Positions 40,848 to 56,532 are shown, counted from the first letter of the whole stretch. The stretch is DNA of 63,868 nt, filler included, from Octopus bimaculoides (GCF_001194135.2; 6 parts of 6 records of this genome joined end to end with filler, not necessarily neighbours in it), one strand, 5' to 3'. Notes: a model not told the origin generated them from the sequence alone. Program-made: numbers and translations.

Positions 40848-41143
40848 TGGCTGAGCACTCCACAGACACGTGTACCCTTAACATAGTTCTCGGGGATATT
40901 CAGCGTGACACAGTGTGACAAGGCTGACCCTTTGAATTACAGGCACAACAGAAACAGGAAGTAAGAGTGAGAGAAAGTTGTGGTGAAAGAGTACAGCAGG
41001 GTTCGCCACCATCCCCTGCCGGAGCCTCGTGGAGCTTTAGGTGTTTTCGCTCAATAAACACTCACAACGCCCGGTCTGGGAATCGAAACCGCGATCCTAT
41101 GACCGCGAGTCCACTGCCCTAACCACTGGGCCATTGCGCCTCC
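40848..41143 (-). mobile_element. SINE family A, truncated by a gap
   Basis: Near-identical to 13526-13903. Confidence 0.9.
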
Positions 41144-41160
41144 CCCCACCTCTGTATATA

Positions 41161-42970
41161 CAAGGTACATATGGCATTTAAGGATGTATGTTAATTTTAC
41201 TAAAGCAGCATATTTATCAACTTAATATTTTCTATATTTCAGAATTATCAATGGCAGACCATATGATTACTCAAGAAATGAAGAAGCACGCATTCATCAC
41301 AGCTAAAAAGTATGAATATAACAATTTAGAAATAGCACGATTTTTAAAAGTCGCTAGATCCTTCGTCCACAAAATTCGCAAGGAGTTAGAGGCTAAAGAC
41401 GGAAAGGTATCGCCAGTATCAAAACGTAAGAAACATTGTAAACGCACTGATACTATTAGAACACAAGAATTTATTCAAAAAGTAAAGCAGACCATTGATG
41501 ACAATCCCAGAAGATCCATGAGGTTGATTGCAAAAGAACGCCATGTGTCAGAAGGGACAATCCGAAATGTCGTCCACAAAGACATCAGATACAAATCTTA
41601 CGTGATGAGAAAAGGTCATTTCCTGTCAGAAACAGTGAAGGAAAATCGCTTAATCAGATTTAAAAGACTCCAGAACAAACTTAAAAATCCAGCATAGAAA
41701 GATGTCCTTTGGTTCTTCTCAGACGGGAAAAACTTTGATCAAGAGCAGAAAGTAAACAAATGACGGATGGCTATGTACAGACCCCTTGGAAGTTCCAAGA
41801 GTAATACATACAAAATTTCCTGCAACTGTCATGATTTTGGGGGACATATCTTTCAACAATGAAGAACATGTGATGCGGCTGTGGTATGACGTCAGTGTCT
41901 GGGGAGGCTGACCGGAAGGGCGAGTTGACCGGAAGAGGAAAAAGGGCAGAGGGAGCCTCGATCGGGATTCGTGCCATTTTCGAACGGGGTTGTGGACAGG
42001 ACAAGACGTGGCTAGTGACGGTCTAGGTTTGGGAGAAACAGCTGCTATTCCTGGTGTTCGTTGGGTCGGGGCAAGCTTCAAGGATCGGATACCGCAAGAC
42101 AGACTCGCAGTCGACGAAAGGAAAACCGAGGTAAGGCGATTACATCTATTCGCACGCATACACCACAGCNNNNNNNNNNNNNNNNNNNNNNNNNNNNNNN
42201 NNNNNNNNNNNNNNNNNNNNNNNNNNNNNNNNNNNNNNNNNNNNNNNNNNNNNNNNNNNNNNNNNNNNNNNNNNNNNNNNNNNNNNNNNNNNNNNNNNNN
42301 NNNNNNNNNNNNNNNNNNNNNNNNNNNNNNNNNNNNNNNNNNNNNNNNNNNNGTTGGGTCGGGGCAAGCTTCAAGGATCGGATACCGCAAGACAGACTCG
42401 CAGTCGACGAAAGGAAAACCGAGGTAAGGCGATTACATCTATTCGCACGCATACACCACAGCGGCCTCACTTCTTTCCACAAGATCTTCGAGTAAACTCA
42501 GCTACCTACAAAGATGTTCTGAATACAGTGGTTAAGCCATGAATCGATCATGTACGCCACGGAAGACTTAATGTGTTTAAACAAGACTCGGCACCATCAC
42601 ACAAGGCTACAGCAACACAGGAATGGATGGCAGACCATTTTCATAACTACATAAGCTTCAACATTTGTCCTCCTAGTTCCCTAAATCTAAATTCATTGCA
42701 CTACTATGTATGGAGCGTAGTTGAGAAAGAGATTAATGAGCACCCTCATAACACTAAAGAATCCCTAAAAGCCTCCATCGTCAGAGTAATGTCCAATATG
42801 AATACAGACTACTTGATCCTAGCATGTAAGCAATTCAGACCTCGCATAGAAACCGTAATTGAAAATGGTGGAGCAATACGTTTATTCTTATTCTCAAAAC
42901 CTTTTCAGTAAAAAGGCATTGTTGTCTGTTTCTAAGAAAATAACTGTCCTCCAATACCTTACGCACCCTG
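41161..42970 (+). mobile_element. Decayed ITm-family maT/DD37D-like transposon with an LTR insertion
   Basis: TA-flanked degenerate TIRs (CAAGGTACATATGGCATT and CAGGGTGCGTAAGGTATT). ORF pieces EIARFLKVARSFVHKIRKE, FSDGKNFD, FKQDSAPSHKA, PPSSLNLNSLHYYVWSVVE. Confidence 0.8.
41880..42460. mobile_element. Solo LTR (about 288 bp, 41880-42167), partly duplicated across an assembly gap
   Basis: TG..CA termini (TGTGGT..ACCACA) and a 5-bp target duplication GCGGC at 41875-79 and 42461-65; it interrupts the transposase motif HVMRPHFFP. Confidence 0.75.
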
Positions 42971-43899
42971 TATATATTATTTTATTCTTTTACTTGTTTC
43001 AGTCATTTGACTGCGGCTATGCTGGAGCACTACCTTTATATATATATATACGACGAGCTTCTTTCAGTTTCCGTCCATAACTTCTACTCACAAGGCATTG
43101 GTCGGCCTATATATATATGATTTGTCCTAACTCACCACTTACGAGTAGCTATAATTGCAACATGTTCCCGCTCTCTCTCTTTTCCCTTTTCTCCCTCTCC
43201 CTCTCTCCCCATCTCTCTCTCTCCCTTTCTCTCTCTTTCTCTGTCTCTAACTCCCTTTCCTTGACTATCTATCTATTTATCTATTGAGCTATCTATTCTT
43301 CTTGTACCTATCTCCTACCTCGGCATATATTCCTCTGCGCTATTACTCGAATTTCCTCTTCGCCCCTTCCTGGTTTCATCTATAACCAGCTACTATCTCT
43401 TATTGTTTTAAAATCTACCCCTGTCTCTTCTCCTCGTACATCTCTCCCCATCTCAGCAGCCCTTAATCTCTGCTACCCGCTCCCATTCCTTGCTTCATCC
43501 ATTGTCTCTTCCTCTTGGTTTCAAAAGTCTGAAATCAAGATGAAAAAAATCTGCTTAACAACATGCTTCACCAACAGTACCTCCTTTCAAAATACTGACC
43601 TATTTCACCCACTCCCATTTTAACTCCGTCTCACCATTTTACTGCTATTCAATCCCCCCGATTACGCACCTCCCCTCCCTCTCCCCGCCTCGTATTTCTA
43701 ATCCCTTCTTGCTCTTCCTCTACTTCCTCTCCCTAAACCGCCTGCATTGTCCTTCTTCTTACCTTTTACTCCTCTCCTTCTCTTCTCCCATTCAACCTTT
43801 AGATCTCTCACACCACGATGTGAACTATCTGTGAATTTTCCTCTCCTGGCGAAGGGAGCTGGTATTACGATAATGTCTATGTATCCATCTACTGGGTGT

Positions 43900-44205
43900 G
43901 TATCTGTGGCTGTTAGCCGATACTTTGTGAGTGAATTTGAAAGACGGAAACTGTGTGGAGGCCTGTCGTATATATAATGTGTATGCAGATGTGTACATAT
44001 GTGTATCTTTGTGTATGTTCCCCACTACTGCTTGATAACCAAGGTTGGTTAGTTTACGATCTCGTAACTTAGCGGTTTGTCATAAATGACCGATACAATA
44101 AGTACTAGACATTAAAAATAAATACTGAAGTCCATTTGATCGAGTGGACCCTTCAAAGTGGTGCCCCAGCATGGCTGAAGTCTAACGACTGCGACAAAAG
44201 ATAAA
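43900..44205 (+). mobile_element. SINE family B partial copy
   Basis: GACGGAAACTG..GTAACTTAGCGGTT..CCCCAGCATGGC blocks. Confidence 0.7.
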
Positions 44206-45100
44206 AGGTGTGTGTGTGTGTGTGTGCGTGCGTGCGTGTGTGTGTGTGCGTGCGTGTGTGTGTATATGTGTGTGAGCATGTGTGCGCGCGTCTGTGTATG
44301 TATATGCGCACACACACACACACACAGGTACACACACACACACACAGGTACACACACACACACAGGTACACACATGTGCGCGCTCGCACACACATGCACA
44401 GACACACACATACATACACATAGATATAGATTTTGAAAAATATATTAAAATTTCGGACCAGAAGCGACGACTGTCCTGAACTTTCGGAAGTCCATGCCAA
44501 CATGAGTAGACTTTCTGGCCTGAAGGTCTCCAATATTTTCCAAAGAAATGCAAATCTAAAACTCATAGCTACTCTCTTCTGTCACGGATATATTTTTATA
44601 AATCAATAATAATTCACCTCGATATACCAATGTATAAACGAGCTATTCATGTTTTGACTTCTCAACCTATGAACAGGGCCGGTCTTAAGCCGACTAGACC
44701 GATTGCTCCCAATCGGGCCCCGTGCTAATGGGGGCCCCGCGCTGAAGAGGGCCACATTCTATACTGCGGCATAAAGATATGTATAAAGGTAGTCTTCCTG
44801 AAGTCTTAAAAAAAATCTACAAGGCCTTCAAAAAATAAAAAAGATAAAACATACTTTCTACACTTTAGCGACACGAGATATCAAAACATAAACCCATGCA
44901 TCTAAAACTGCTCGGGTCAGCCGCTGAATTTGAAGACATTTATTGTATTTTTACTGTAAGGGTCAATACAAAATATTTGTGTATCTGTGAGAATATGTAT
45001 GTGGGCGAATTGTATGTATATATGTGTGCGTATATTTGTGTGTGGCAGTTTCTGCAAATATGTTTAATTTTGGGGAAACTTTTTTATTTCAATAAAGTGT

Positions 45101-45145
<45 letters not shown>

Positions 45146-45203
45146 TCTTTCAGAATGAGATAAAAAAACCAAGGCTGTGAAAATTTTAGATCATTTATAA
45201 ATA

Positions 45204-45253
45204 GGTCTTACAGCTGTTTCCAGGATATTTATTATATCCCTTCATCGGAGACG
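45204..45253 (-). ncRNA. Degenerate minimal type I hammerhead ribozyme (Penelope-type)
   Basis: Minus strand GTCT-CCGATGA-stem(GGATAT/ATATCC)-GAAAC-AGCT-GTA-AGAC; core has CCGATGA instead of CTGATGA. Confidence 0.5.
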
Positions 45254-45939
45254 GTGTGAGAAGATGGTTAAGCAATAGTTAATTTAGATAAGATACGAAA
45301 TAGAGAGTGAAGTGGAGGATTGAAAATAGATGTGAGATATGCAGGGATATTGCATTTGTAGAGCCATTATTTAGGCAGAATGGTATACATATAAGATTCC
45401 AATATCTTGTGTGTAAAATCCAATAGTATTTAAAACGGGTCATTCCAAGTATAGAGTTTGTACACAGTGCTATTGAATCAAGGGTTTTGTTTAAACTGAC
45501 CTAAAAGTAGGGAATGTATTTGTAAGGTCAAATCGAAAACAGGAAGGGAATAAAGAAAAGAGAAAAAAAAACGAGAAGAAAAAAACGAAGAAAAGAAAGA
45601 AGAAAAAACAGGAAGAGAGGAATAAAGAAAAGAAAGAAAAAAGAACAACAAGGAGAGAGATAAGGGAAAGTGTACCAGTTAGTGGTCAGTCAAGATAATT
45701 TGAAAGTAGGAATGGGGAGACGAGGGTGATAGAGAAAGGTATTAGAATGTAAAAAGATAGAAGGAATGAGGGTGATAGAGAGAGAGAGAAGTATATAAAG
45801 TAAAGGAGTGTCAGTTATGTAGTGATAGAGTCTAAGGGCAAACAACTTTCTCTATGTATACATGACCGACTTAGGATCTTACAGAGGCGAGTTGAGTCTA
45901 CAAGGGCGCAGGGAGCATGAAAAACAAGCGAGAAAGTGT

Positions 45940-46200
45940 TAGCATATGGGTACATGTATGAACGTTGTGCGGTGCAGCAAAAGAAATGACCGGTACAGGA
46001 GAGAAATACCTCTGCTATTGTTGCAGTCTGAGCGATCTCCCTTCTTAAAGCTGGTGATTATGTCTGCGTGTTTCCAGCATTGAGGGATCAAGACACTTTT
46101 CCAACAGTAGAGGATAATCTGATGAAGACGCTGGACAAGAGCAGGACCACAATATTTATAGATCTCCCCCGACACACCATCTGATCCGGGTGATTTAAAG
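45940..46200 (-). mobile_element. RTE-like LINE RT N-terminal fragment
   Basis: GEIYKYCGPALVQRLHQII..IPQCWKHADIITSFKKGDRSDCNNSRGISLL. Confidence 0.8.
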
Positions 46201-46796
46201 TAGAGCCTATTCTAAATATTATATATTTTTAGTATTATATTATGAATGCATTAAATTGTAAATATATTGATTTAAAGTGAATTATTTCCCCCCTGAAAAT
46301 AAGACATTTTTATTTATTTATGTAAAATTTAGAATAGATAAAAATTATTCTTGCATAAATGTTTATTGTACACCATATTAAAATCCCTTCTATTCTTCCG
46401 TAGGTATAAATATATATAAGCATCACAATGAGAATTTTCTTCTAAAAAAAAAAACTAAGTAATTTTAGCATTATCTCTTTTAGTATGGAAATTAGTAATA
46501 ATCAAAAGGACATTTATGAAGTCCATATGATTAAATTTGGAGTGGGGAGGGAAAACTGGTTAATTCAGCGTTTATTTAATTTCTACAGTGATAATGTTAT
46601 TATGATAATGTTTTTTTAGAAAGTTTCTTTCTTATATAAATTACATAATTTTTAATAATTAGTCTTTGATATATAGTAATAAATAATTAAGGCAATGTAA
46701 TTTATAATATTATTTGCTATTTGACTAGAGATGATATAATATTTTAAATGTATTATTTTGTTATTTACCCATAGATAGACAGCGTGTTGCTATCAG

Positions 46797-47168
46797 TGGA
46801 GGCGCAATAGCCCACTGGTTAGGGCAGCGGGGTCGTGGGGTCGCAGTTTCGATTCCTAGACCGGGCGTTGTGAGTGTTTGTTTAGCGAAAACACCTAAAG
46901 CTCCACGAGGCTGTGGCAGAGGGTGGTGGTGAACCCTGCTGTATTCTTTCACCACAACTTTCCCTCACTCTTTCTTCCTGTTTCTGTTGTACCTGTATTT
47001 CAAAGGGCCAGCCTTGTCACACTCTGTCACACTGAATCTCCCCGGGAACTACGTTAAGGGTACACGTGTCTGTGGAGTGCTCAGCCACTTACACGTAAAT
47101 CTCATGAGCAGGCTGTTCCGTTGATCGGATCAGCTGGAACCCTCGTCATCGTAACCGACGGAGTGCCA
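46797..47168 (+). mobile_element. SINE family A, full length
   Basis: Plus-strand copy of the family at 10247, 13526 and 40848. Confidence 0.9.
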
Positions 47169-47821
47169 CGATTGCTATTATAATAACATGTATTTCTTAA
47201 TAATATGAAAGAATGAAAGGGATATTTCTTATTTCGCTATGGTTTTGAAAAATATTTTTTAAACATTTTTTAAAACATTGTTCCTGGTATTTAAAGAAAC
47301 TAATGCGATATATTTAGATTTAAATACTTAGTAGCATACAAATATATTTTAGGCCCCGTTATATTAGTTTATTTTTCATATTTAATTTTTTAATCTTTGT
47401 TTTTGTTCTTAACTATTGATGCTCACGCTTGAAAACATAAATATATTTAAATCCAGTCTTTTCTTGGATCTGTGAATTCTCATATATCAAAATCAACACT
47501 GAAGAGATTCTTACCCGCAAACAATCGATTTTTATAATTTTATTATAGGAAATAATCGAAACAATTGTAATTTGTATTTCATGTAATTTGTATTTAATAT
47601 TTATTATTTATTTTATTATATTATATTATTATTATAAGACTATTATTATAATATATTAATAAATTTTAATTTTTGAATTGAGAATTGTATATCTCCATTT
47701 TCTATTCATTTTTATAAATTTAATATATACCCATCTGATTTGTAAAGTTTTTCTCTACAAAATTGAGTATTTAACAGTGGAACCAGTGAAAGATTGAATG
47801 TTTTCATCCCTATTTTCGTTG

Positions 47822-47872
<51 letters not shown>

Positions 47873-47890
47873 ATGTATGTATATTTGATT

Positions 47891-50109
47891 AATGAGAGAG
47901 ACAGATGATGGAAGGTACGAGAATATTTATTGATCACTACAACTGTTTTGATCCATCTAGCAACGATTCTTCATGGGTGGTGTACTGAATATCTGGTTTT
48001 GGTGTATCCGTTGGTGTAGATGTGTCTCCTCAGGTGGCAAAGTGTAACTCGTTAAAATAACGTCTGTTCTGCAAGATTTATTCTTGATATACAAAAGCAA
48101 CAAATTAAGGGATACAGCTTCATTATTATAGAAGATCAATAACATATATGAGATGCAAAAACAAAACAAGAAATAAAAAAGCAAAACAAATAGACAATAC
48201 CACGAAAAAAATGAGATATAACGGTTATTAGATATATATTTCTTTATTGCCCACAGGGGGCTAAACATAGAGGGGACAAACAAGGACAAAGGGATTAAGT
48301 CGATTGCATCAACCCCAGTGCGTAACTGGTACTTATTTAATCGATCCCGAAAGGATGAAAGGCAAAGTCGACCTGGGCGGAATTTGAACTCAGAACATAA
48401 CGGCAGACGAAATACCGCTAAGCATTTCGCCCGGCGTTCTAACGTTTCTAACGGTTATTAGATATTGATGTACCCTCGCTTACGTTGTCTGATGCATGCA
48501 CACTCGCTCGTACAAACTTACACAAAGATATCCTGATACGCACACGGGTGGTTTGGTGGACATACGCTCATACAGCAAATTAAATAAATATTAATAAATT
48601 CCATGCCTAAAAGCGTCTAGTGATAGGATACCGCTTGGTGAGGAGTCACAGATTCTGTGGTGGGGTTCACTAGGTCCGGCCGATATACTTAGTCATGAAT
48701 ATGTACATAAATACAGAGTAAATTTACATTTTCGTATATGTACGGCTAATGAAATAACCAATAGCCTAAAGAAAATATTAATGCCAGTGTTAGGATCACC
48801 AGTGTAGATAAGCGTAAGGGTCTAAAGTTGTTATTTATCTCACATTAATCGGTATACAATGGTCAAGTGGTACCACAGTGATATTGGTAACTAGTGTGGC
48901 ATTTTGTTTATAAGAATGGGGAGGTTGCAGTTAATTCATTCATTCGTTTAGGTAAATTGTGGTCATTAATTTGGTCAATTATTACTCAAAAATGTCAAAT
49001 TCTTTTTGACCTGTATGTTCTATCTGAGTTTGTTCACTTACTGTAATGGTGTGTTGGTATGTAATGCGTATTATTAGTGGAGGAATCGGCAGAGTTGTGT
49101 ATATTGGTGGCTTGTATCTATTCACTTTTCTCTCGGTAACCAGTCCTAACTAAAGCAGTATTATGACAGGGCGCATGTGATTCAAAAATGTTTTTAGTAG
49201 CAGCTAACCTAGATATTCTTATTGAAATATTTTTAACTAATCCCCGTGTTATTGAGAGTGGGCAGTTGAAAGCTATATTCATATAGTTAATATTATTATT
49301 TGGTTTATGAAAGGGTTCATATAATCTAGTATCAAGACAGAAGATAGCGTCAAGGAAGTTTACAATAAGGTCATCTTTTTCTATAGTAATGTTGAGTCCT
49401 AAGTTCTTAAATAGTCTAAAGAATTGTTTTTTATGCCTTTCTAGTTGCACTTTACTACTTCTGTTCGAGATTTTCGGAAAAGAAGACTGGATTAACGAAA
49501 GAATATACATTCCGACCAAGTCTGTGACTTGTGCAGAGTCGGATCATTTCATCGCTATATCGAAAGCATTCTCTCTATTGGACCTATTCCATAATTTATC
49601 AATGATCTTCTTACAAATAATCCCTATATTTGATTTAGATGGACAAATTAATCTGAGACGTCATTCAGAAAGTTAGGTTTATAGTCTTTAAGCGTAATTC
49701 GGGGTTTTCTAGGGACATAAGGCTCACTTCTATCATCTATAGCTAAATCTCTGTCGATATGTAATCCTCAACTGTTTATACTTTTAATCTCTCATTGGCA
49801 TGTCTATATTTCCTATGTAATTCTTTTCTAATCATATTCTTATATAACCCGATGTTAACAATGAAAATGTTACTTGTTTTGTCCGCTGATACCTGGAGCT
49901 TTCTCGAAGTCGTCAACTAATTTTCTAATTTTCTGTTGATGTTTATTGTATCTTCTAGGGTACTTTCTGACGAGACACATCTACACCAACGAACTCACCT
50001 AAACCAGATGTTCATTATCCCACCCGTGAGGAATCGACGCTAGATGGGTCGAAACAACTGAAGTGGTCAATAAACATTCTCGTATCTTCAATCTTCCGTC
50101 TCTCTCATT
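47891..50109 (-). mobile_element. Decayed Penelope-like element bounded by inverted pLTR-like repeats; SINE C inserted at about 48238-48450
   Basis: RT C-terminal ORF 49118-49519 (FKNLGLNITIE..VNFLD..PFHKPNNNINY..SIRISRL). About 145-bp inverted repeats at 47891-48037 and 49963-50109 carry CTGANGA/GAAAC hammerhead remnants. Confidence 0.75.
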
Positions 50110-50192
50110 AATCAAATAACCAACGAATACTGAGAAAGTGAACGTGCTTTACCGGTAAACTACCAGGTCTATACCATACGATTTGTAAACTA

Positions 50193-50236
<44 letters not shown>

Positions 50237-50416
50237 NNNNNNNNNNNNNNNNNNNNNNNNNNNNNNNNNNNNNNNNNNNNTTAATTAATTAANNNNNNNN
50301 NNNNNNNNNNNNNNNNNNNNNNNNNNNNNNNNNNNNATATATACATACATACATGCATACACTGCTCCTGTATATATATGTATATATGTGTGTGTGTATG
50401 TGTATATGTATTTGTG

Positions 50417-50471
<55 letters not shown>

Positions 50472-50908
50472 GAATATACGTACACGCATATATACAGAGA
50501 TATATTCATTTATACAGAAACACATACACACAAACTCATATATACATGCACAGCAATGTACACTCATATATAGATACATACATACGCGCTCACATATACG
50601 TACACACAAACATATACACACCTACATACCCCTACACACACACCTACACACACACCTACAGACATACATACACACACTCATATACACACCCACACCTACC
50701 CAGAAACACACAAAATAGATTCAAGATGGCCACATGCCAGCCAAACCTCTAATTATTGTTCTGTTAAAAACAAGTGAATATATTTTCACCTTGAAATCTT
50801 GCTTCTAAATCAGTCGTAGATCTTGCCATAAACAACATCGCACTCACATTATTGCAGCGGCGGCAGCAGCAGCAGCAGTTGTTGTAGTAGTAGTAGTCAT
50901 CGTTGTCA

Positions 50909-50959
<51 letters not shown>

Positions 50960-51351
50960 CTATGAAGATTCAACTACGATCGAACAGAACTATGCACTAT
51001 GCTCTACTCAAAGGTGTTACCGCTGTCACCATCTCCCTATTTAGGGGGTCTTTGTAGCCCTGTTTAGGGCAACAAGGTGTCATGGATCCTTTCCTTGCTT
51101 AAAACAGTAGAACGCTGGATTTGAGTGAGATTTTTTGCTATTTCTTCATAGCTGTCTAACGATGTTAACTCTAATCCAATTGAAAAACTGATGATATTTG
51201 GTATAAAATCATGGACCATGATGAAAACACGTGATTCTTTTCTTTTTTTTTTTACATTGGACAGAAAGATTTCTTTAGAAGAAGTCATTCAAAGGTGTAG
51301 TTATTGAAGAATACTCTATGTGACACACACACACATACACACATAGAGAAA

Positions 51352-51394
<43 letters not shown>

Positions 51395-51554
51395 ACATAC
51401 ATACATACATACATACATACATTCATATATACATACACACACATATATACATACATACATACATACATGCATGCATACATACACGCATACATAGATACAT
51501 ACATGCAATGCACACGTTCATACATATATACATACATACGTACGTACATACACG

Positions 51555-51612
<58 letters not shown>

Positions 51613-51976
51613 NNNNNNNNNNNNNNNNNNNNNNNNNNNNNNNNNNNNNNNNNNNNNNNNNNNNNNNNNNNNNNNNNNNNNNNNNNNNNNNNNNNNNNNN
51701 NNNNNNNNNNNNNNNNNNNNNNNNNNNNNNNNNNNNNNNNNNNNNNNNNNNNNNNNNNNNNNNNNNNNNNNNNNNNNNNNNNNNNNNNNNNNNNNNNNNN
51801 NNNNNNNNNNNNNNNNNNNNNNNNNNNNNNNNNNNNNNNNNNNNNNNNNNNNNNNNNNNNNNNNNNNNNNNNNNNNNNNNNNNNNNNNNNNNNNNNNNNN
51901 NNNNNNNNNNNNNNNNNNNNNNNNNNNNNNNNNNNNNNNNNNNNNNNNNNNNNNNNNNNNNNNNNNNNNNNNNNNN

Positions 51977-52035
<59 letters not shown>

Positions 52036-52329
52036 ACGCACATTTATTGTCGTGGTGGACAGTGTCGATTATTGTCTTGTTTTATAAGAAAAGTTTATGG
52101 TAAGATCTACGACTGAAGACGTGAGAAAATATAACCCCATCTATTTCTTGCTTGATCTCTACTCGCTCTCTACAAACGTTATAGTCACCAGACTGTCGAA
52201 ACATCTTAACGACCAACAGCCGATGGAATAAGCAGGTTTTCAGAAGAACTACACTACGACAGTCCACTAACTCTAACAGCTTCTAGAACAAGTTAAAGTT
52301 TCAACTGCCTCTTTATATCCTTTCGTTGT

Positions 52330-53590
52330 TTACGAAAAAGTTTCCGGAAGCGCCGTGGTGGGTGTAATGCTGAGTAAGGAGTAGAGGTAAGGAAGGCGAG
52401 TACAGGATGTACCACCGATAAATCTCTGCCGTCACTACCCGCAAAAGTTCTAGACTGGAATAGTGTCAAACAAGGACTTACTAACTCTCTAAATCTCTTT
52501 ACCGCATGTCTTGAAATGGTCATCAGATATGGATTGAAAAGATGGCGTGGACATCAGCGGTGAGCCACAAACACATCTACTATTTGCAGACGACATCATG
52601 TTCATCTTAGAAACTGCAGATCAGCTACAGACCATGTTCAGCAGTAGGCCCCAAAATAAACTGCGTGAAAACAAAATATATGTAAGACAGTTCTATATCT
52701 AAGAGATGAGGAATTATGTACATGATTTATATTATTTACATTTCACGGATATTTGTCTTCATCTTGTTTGTTGTTAACACAACGTTTCGTCACTACCCGC
52801 AAAAGTTCCAGACTGGAATAGTGTCAAACAAGGACTTACTAACTCTCTAAATCTCTTCACTGCATGTCTTGAAATGATCATCAGATATGAATTGAAAAGA
52901 TGGCGTGAGGGTGTATCAGCCGAAACGTTGTGTTAACAACAAACAAAATGAGGACAAATATCCGTCAAATGTAAATAATGTAAATAATGTGAAATATATG
53001 TATTTCTGTATTTCTGAAAACGTAGAAACAAGCCGAACAATGGCAGTGAAGCAATGAAATCAAGAAGGCGAAGGAGTACATCTACTAAGCACAGACAGTA
53101 AATATGTGCTGAGACATGGAAGCTGAAATCTCAGACAGAGTAAGAGCAGGGTGGAAGATGTTTGTCTCAATTAAAGATGTACTCGAAGTACTGATGGGCA
53201 ATGCTCTCTTCAATTGCATCATCTTACTTGTGCTCTCGTACACTAGTGAGACTTAGGCAACTACGAAAAAGGAAAATACAGCAACTGGCTGCGACGCAGT
53301 GTGCCATGGAAAGGTATATGTTGAGAATATCATTGCAGGATCACATCTTAAAAGAGGTATTTCAAGAATAGAGTGGAGTGAACGACGTGAATTCAGAATA
53401 CAGAAAGCAAAAGGACCGCTGGACCGGACATCTCGCAAGGTTTACAGATACTTGATGGACCCGTACAGTTGTCGGAAGAGACCATGCAAAAGGCTTCTTA
53501 GCCAATAGGAAGGCTATATTGTCAAAGAATTCAGGACTAAATGGAAATGATGGATGTTGTCAAGAGAAGAATGGAAGCGCATTCTGTATG
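52330..53590 (+). mobile_element. Degraded RTE (BovB-like) LINE fragment with an embedded palindromic insert
   Basis: VKQG..SLNLFTACLE and LLFADDI in broken frames. Confidence 0.65.
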
Positions 53591-54179
53591 CACATACACA
53601 ATGTATGCTATACAGTGTTTATAATACAGTACTAATGTATGTATAGCGTTGTATAAAGACAACAGATAGACTGGTTGAAAAAAAATAGTGTTAAGATATT
53701 TAAGATATAAATTAGGACGGTGTAAATTAGCGACGAGGCAAAAGAAAAAGTGGTATAATAAAGAACAGACAACAAAAAATAAATACTGGATCGATAAGGC
53801 CAAATGCAATTTTTAAGAAAATAGCTGCAATCCAATATATACATATACACATACATACGCATACATACATACATCAACACATCTACTATACGTATATAGA
53901 CATATGCACACACATATACACACACATATACACACACGTTTATTTAAAGTTATATAGACAGTAATATTCAAATACTTAATGAACACATATTTAATCTCCA
54001 AGTGAAACTAAGTCCCACGGTTAAATCATAGAACTTTAAGCAAGGCTGGGATAATCACCAAACTGACTTGTTTCGCCGTTAAAAGACTCATCAGTGTGCA
54101 TTTGCCTCCTTTGCAGGTTGCAAAATGATTCTAATAGAAATAATATAACATTCTACTTTCTTATCAATATCATTCTTCA

Positions 54180-54243
<64 letters not shown>

Positions 54244-54249
54244 GTTCAG

Positions 54250-55930
<1,681 letters not shown>

Positions 55931-55933
55931 TTC

Positions 55934-56021
<88 letters not shown>

Positions 56022-56058
56022 TTTAAAAGGACTGACGTAACTCTTCACAAAGGTAAAC

Positions 56059-56475
56059 AGAGAAGACGAAGAGCGCGATGCGATAGCAATACATATTTTA
56101 TTGATTGAACGCTATTTCGACAGTGAGCCTGTCTTTGGCGAGTTCAAAATAGAAGTGTTTAAAATTCAAAATTATAGAAATTCAAATCTAAAGTATGAAC
56201 GAGCGCAACCAGCGTCCACACGTTGATAGAATGACATCATCAGTCTTAAAGCTTCAATTTTATAACAAGCGAAAATTGAAACTTAAATACTGATGATGTC
56301 ATTCCATTAACGTGTGGACGCTGGTTTCGCTCATTTATACTTTAGATTTGAATTTCTATAATTTTGAATTTTTATGACTTTCTATTTTGAACTCGCCAAA
56401 GGCAGGCTTGCTGTCAAGATATCGTTTAATCAATAAAATATCTATTGCTATCGCATCACGCTCTTCATCTTCTCT
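56059..56475. mobile_element. About 417-bp palindromic (foldback) MITE; a half copy is at about 15480-15630
   Basis: The left arm AGAGAAGACGAAGAGCGCGATGCGATAGCAAT.. is the reverse complement of the right arm across nearly its full length. Confidence 0.85.
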
Positions 56476-56482
56476 ATTATTA

Positions 56483-56529
<47 letters not shown>

Positions 56530-56532
<3 letters not shown>

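Noticed and set aside
46797-46870. tRNA-like sequence at the heads of SINE family A (also 10247, 13526, 40848)
   Set aside because: It continues into a common SINE body and has no complete cloverleaf; a SINE head, not a tRNA gene.
25533-47810. Other short AG..GT open segments on the minus strand (about 25533-25602, 47720-47810) and the plus-strand MTVNNLPRF|GTAAGT at about 2793-2820
   Set aside because: Expected by chance in AT-rich DNA; no homology or consistent exon chain.
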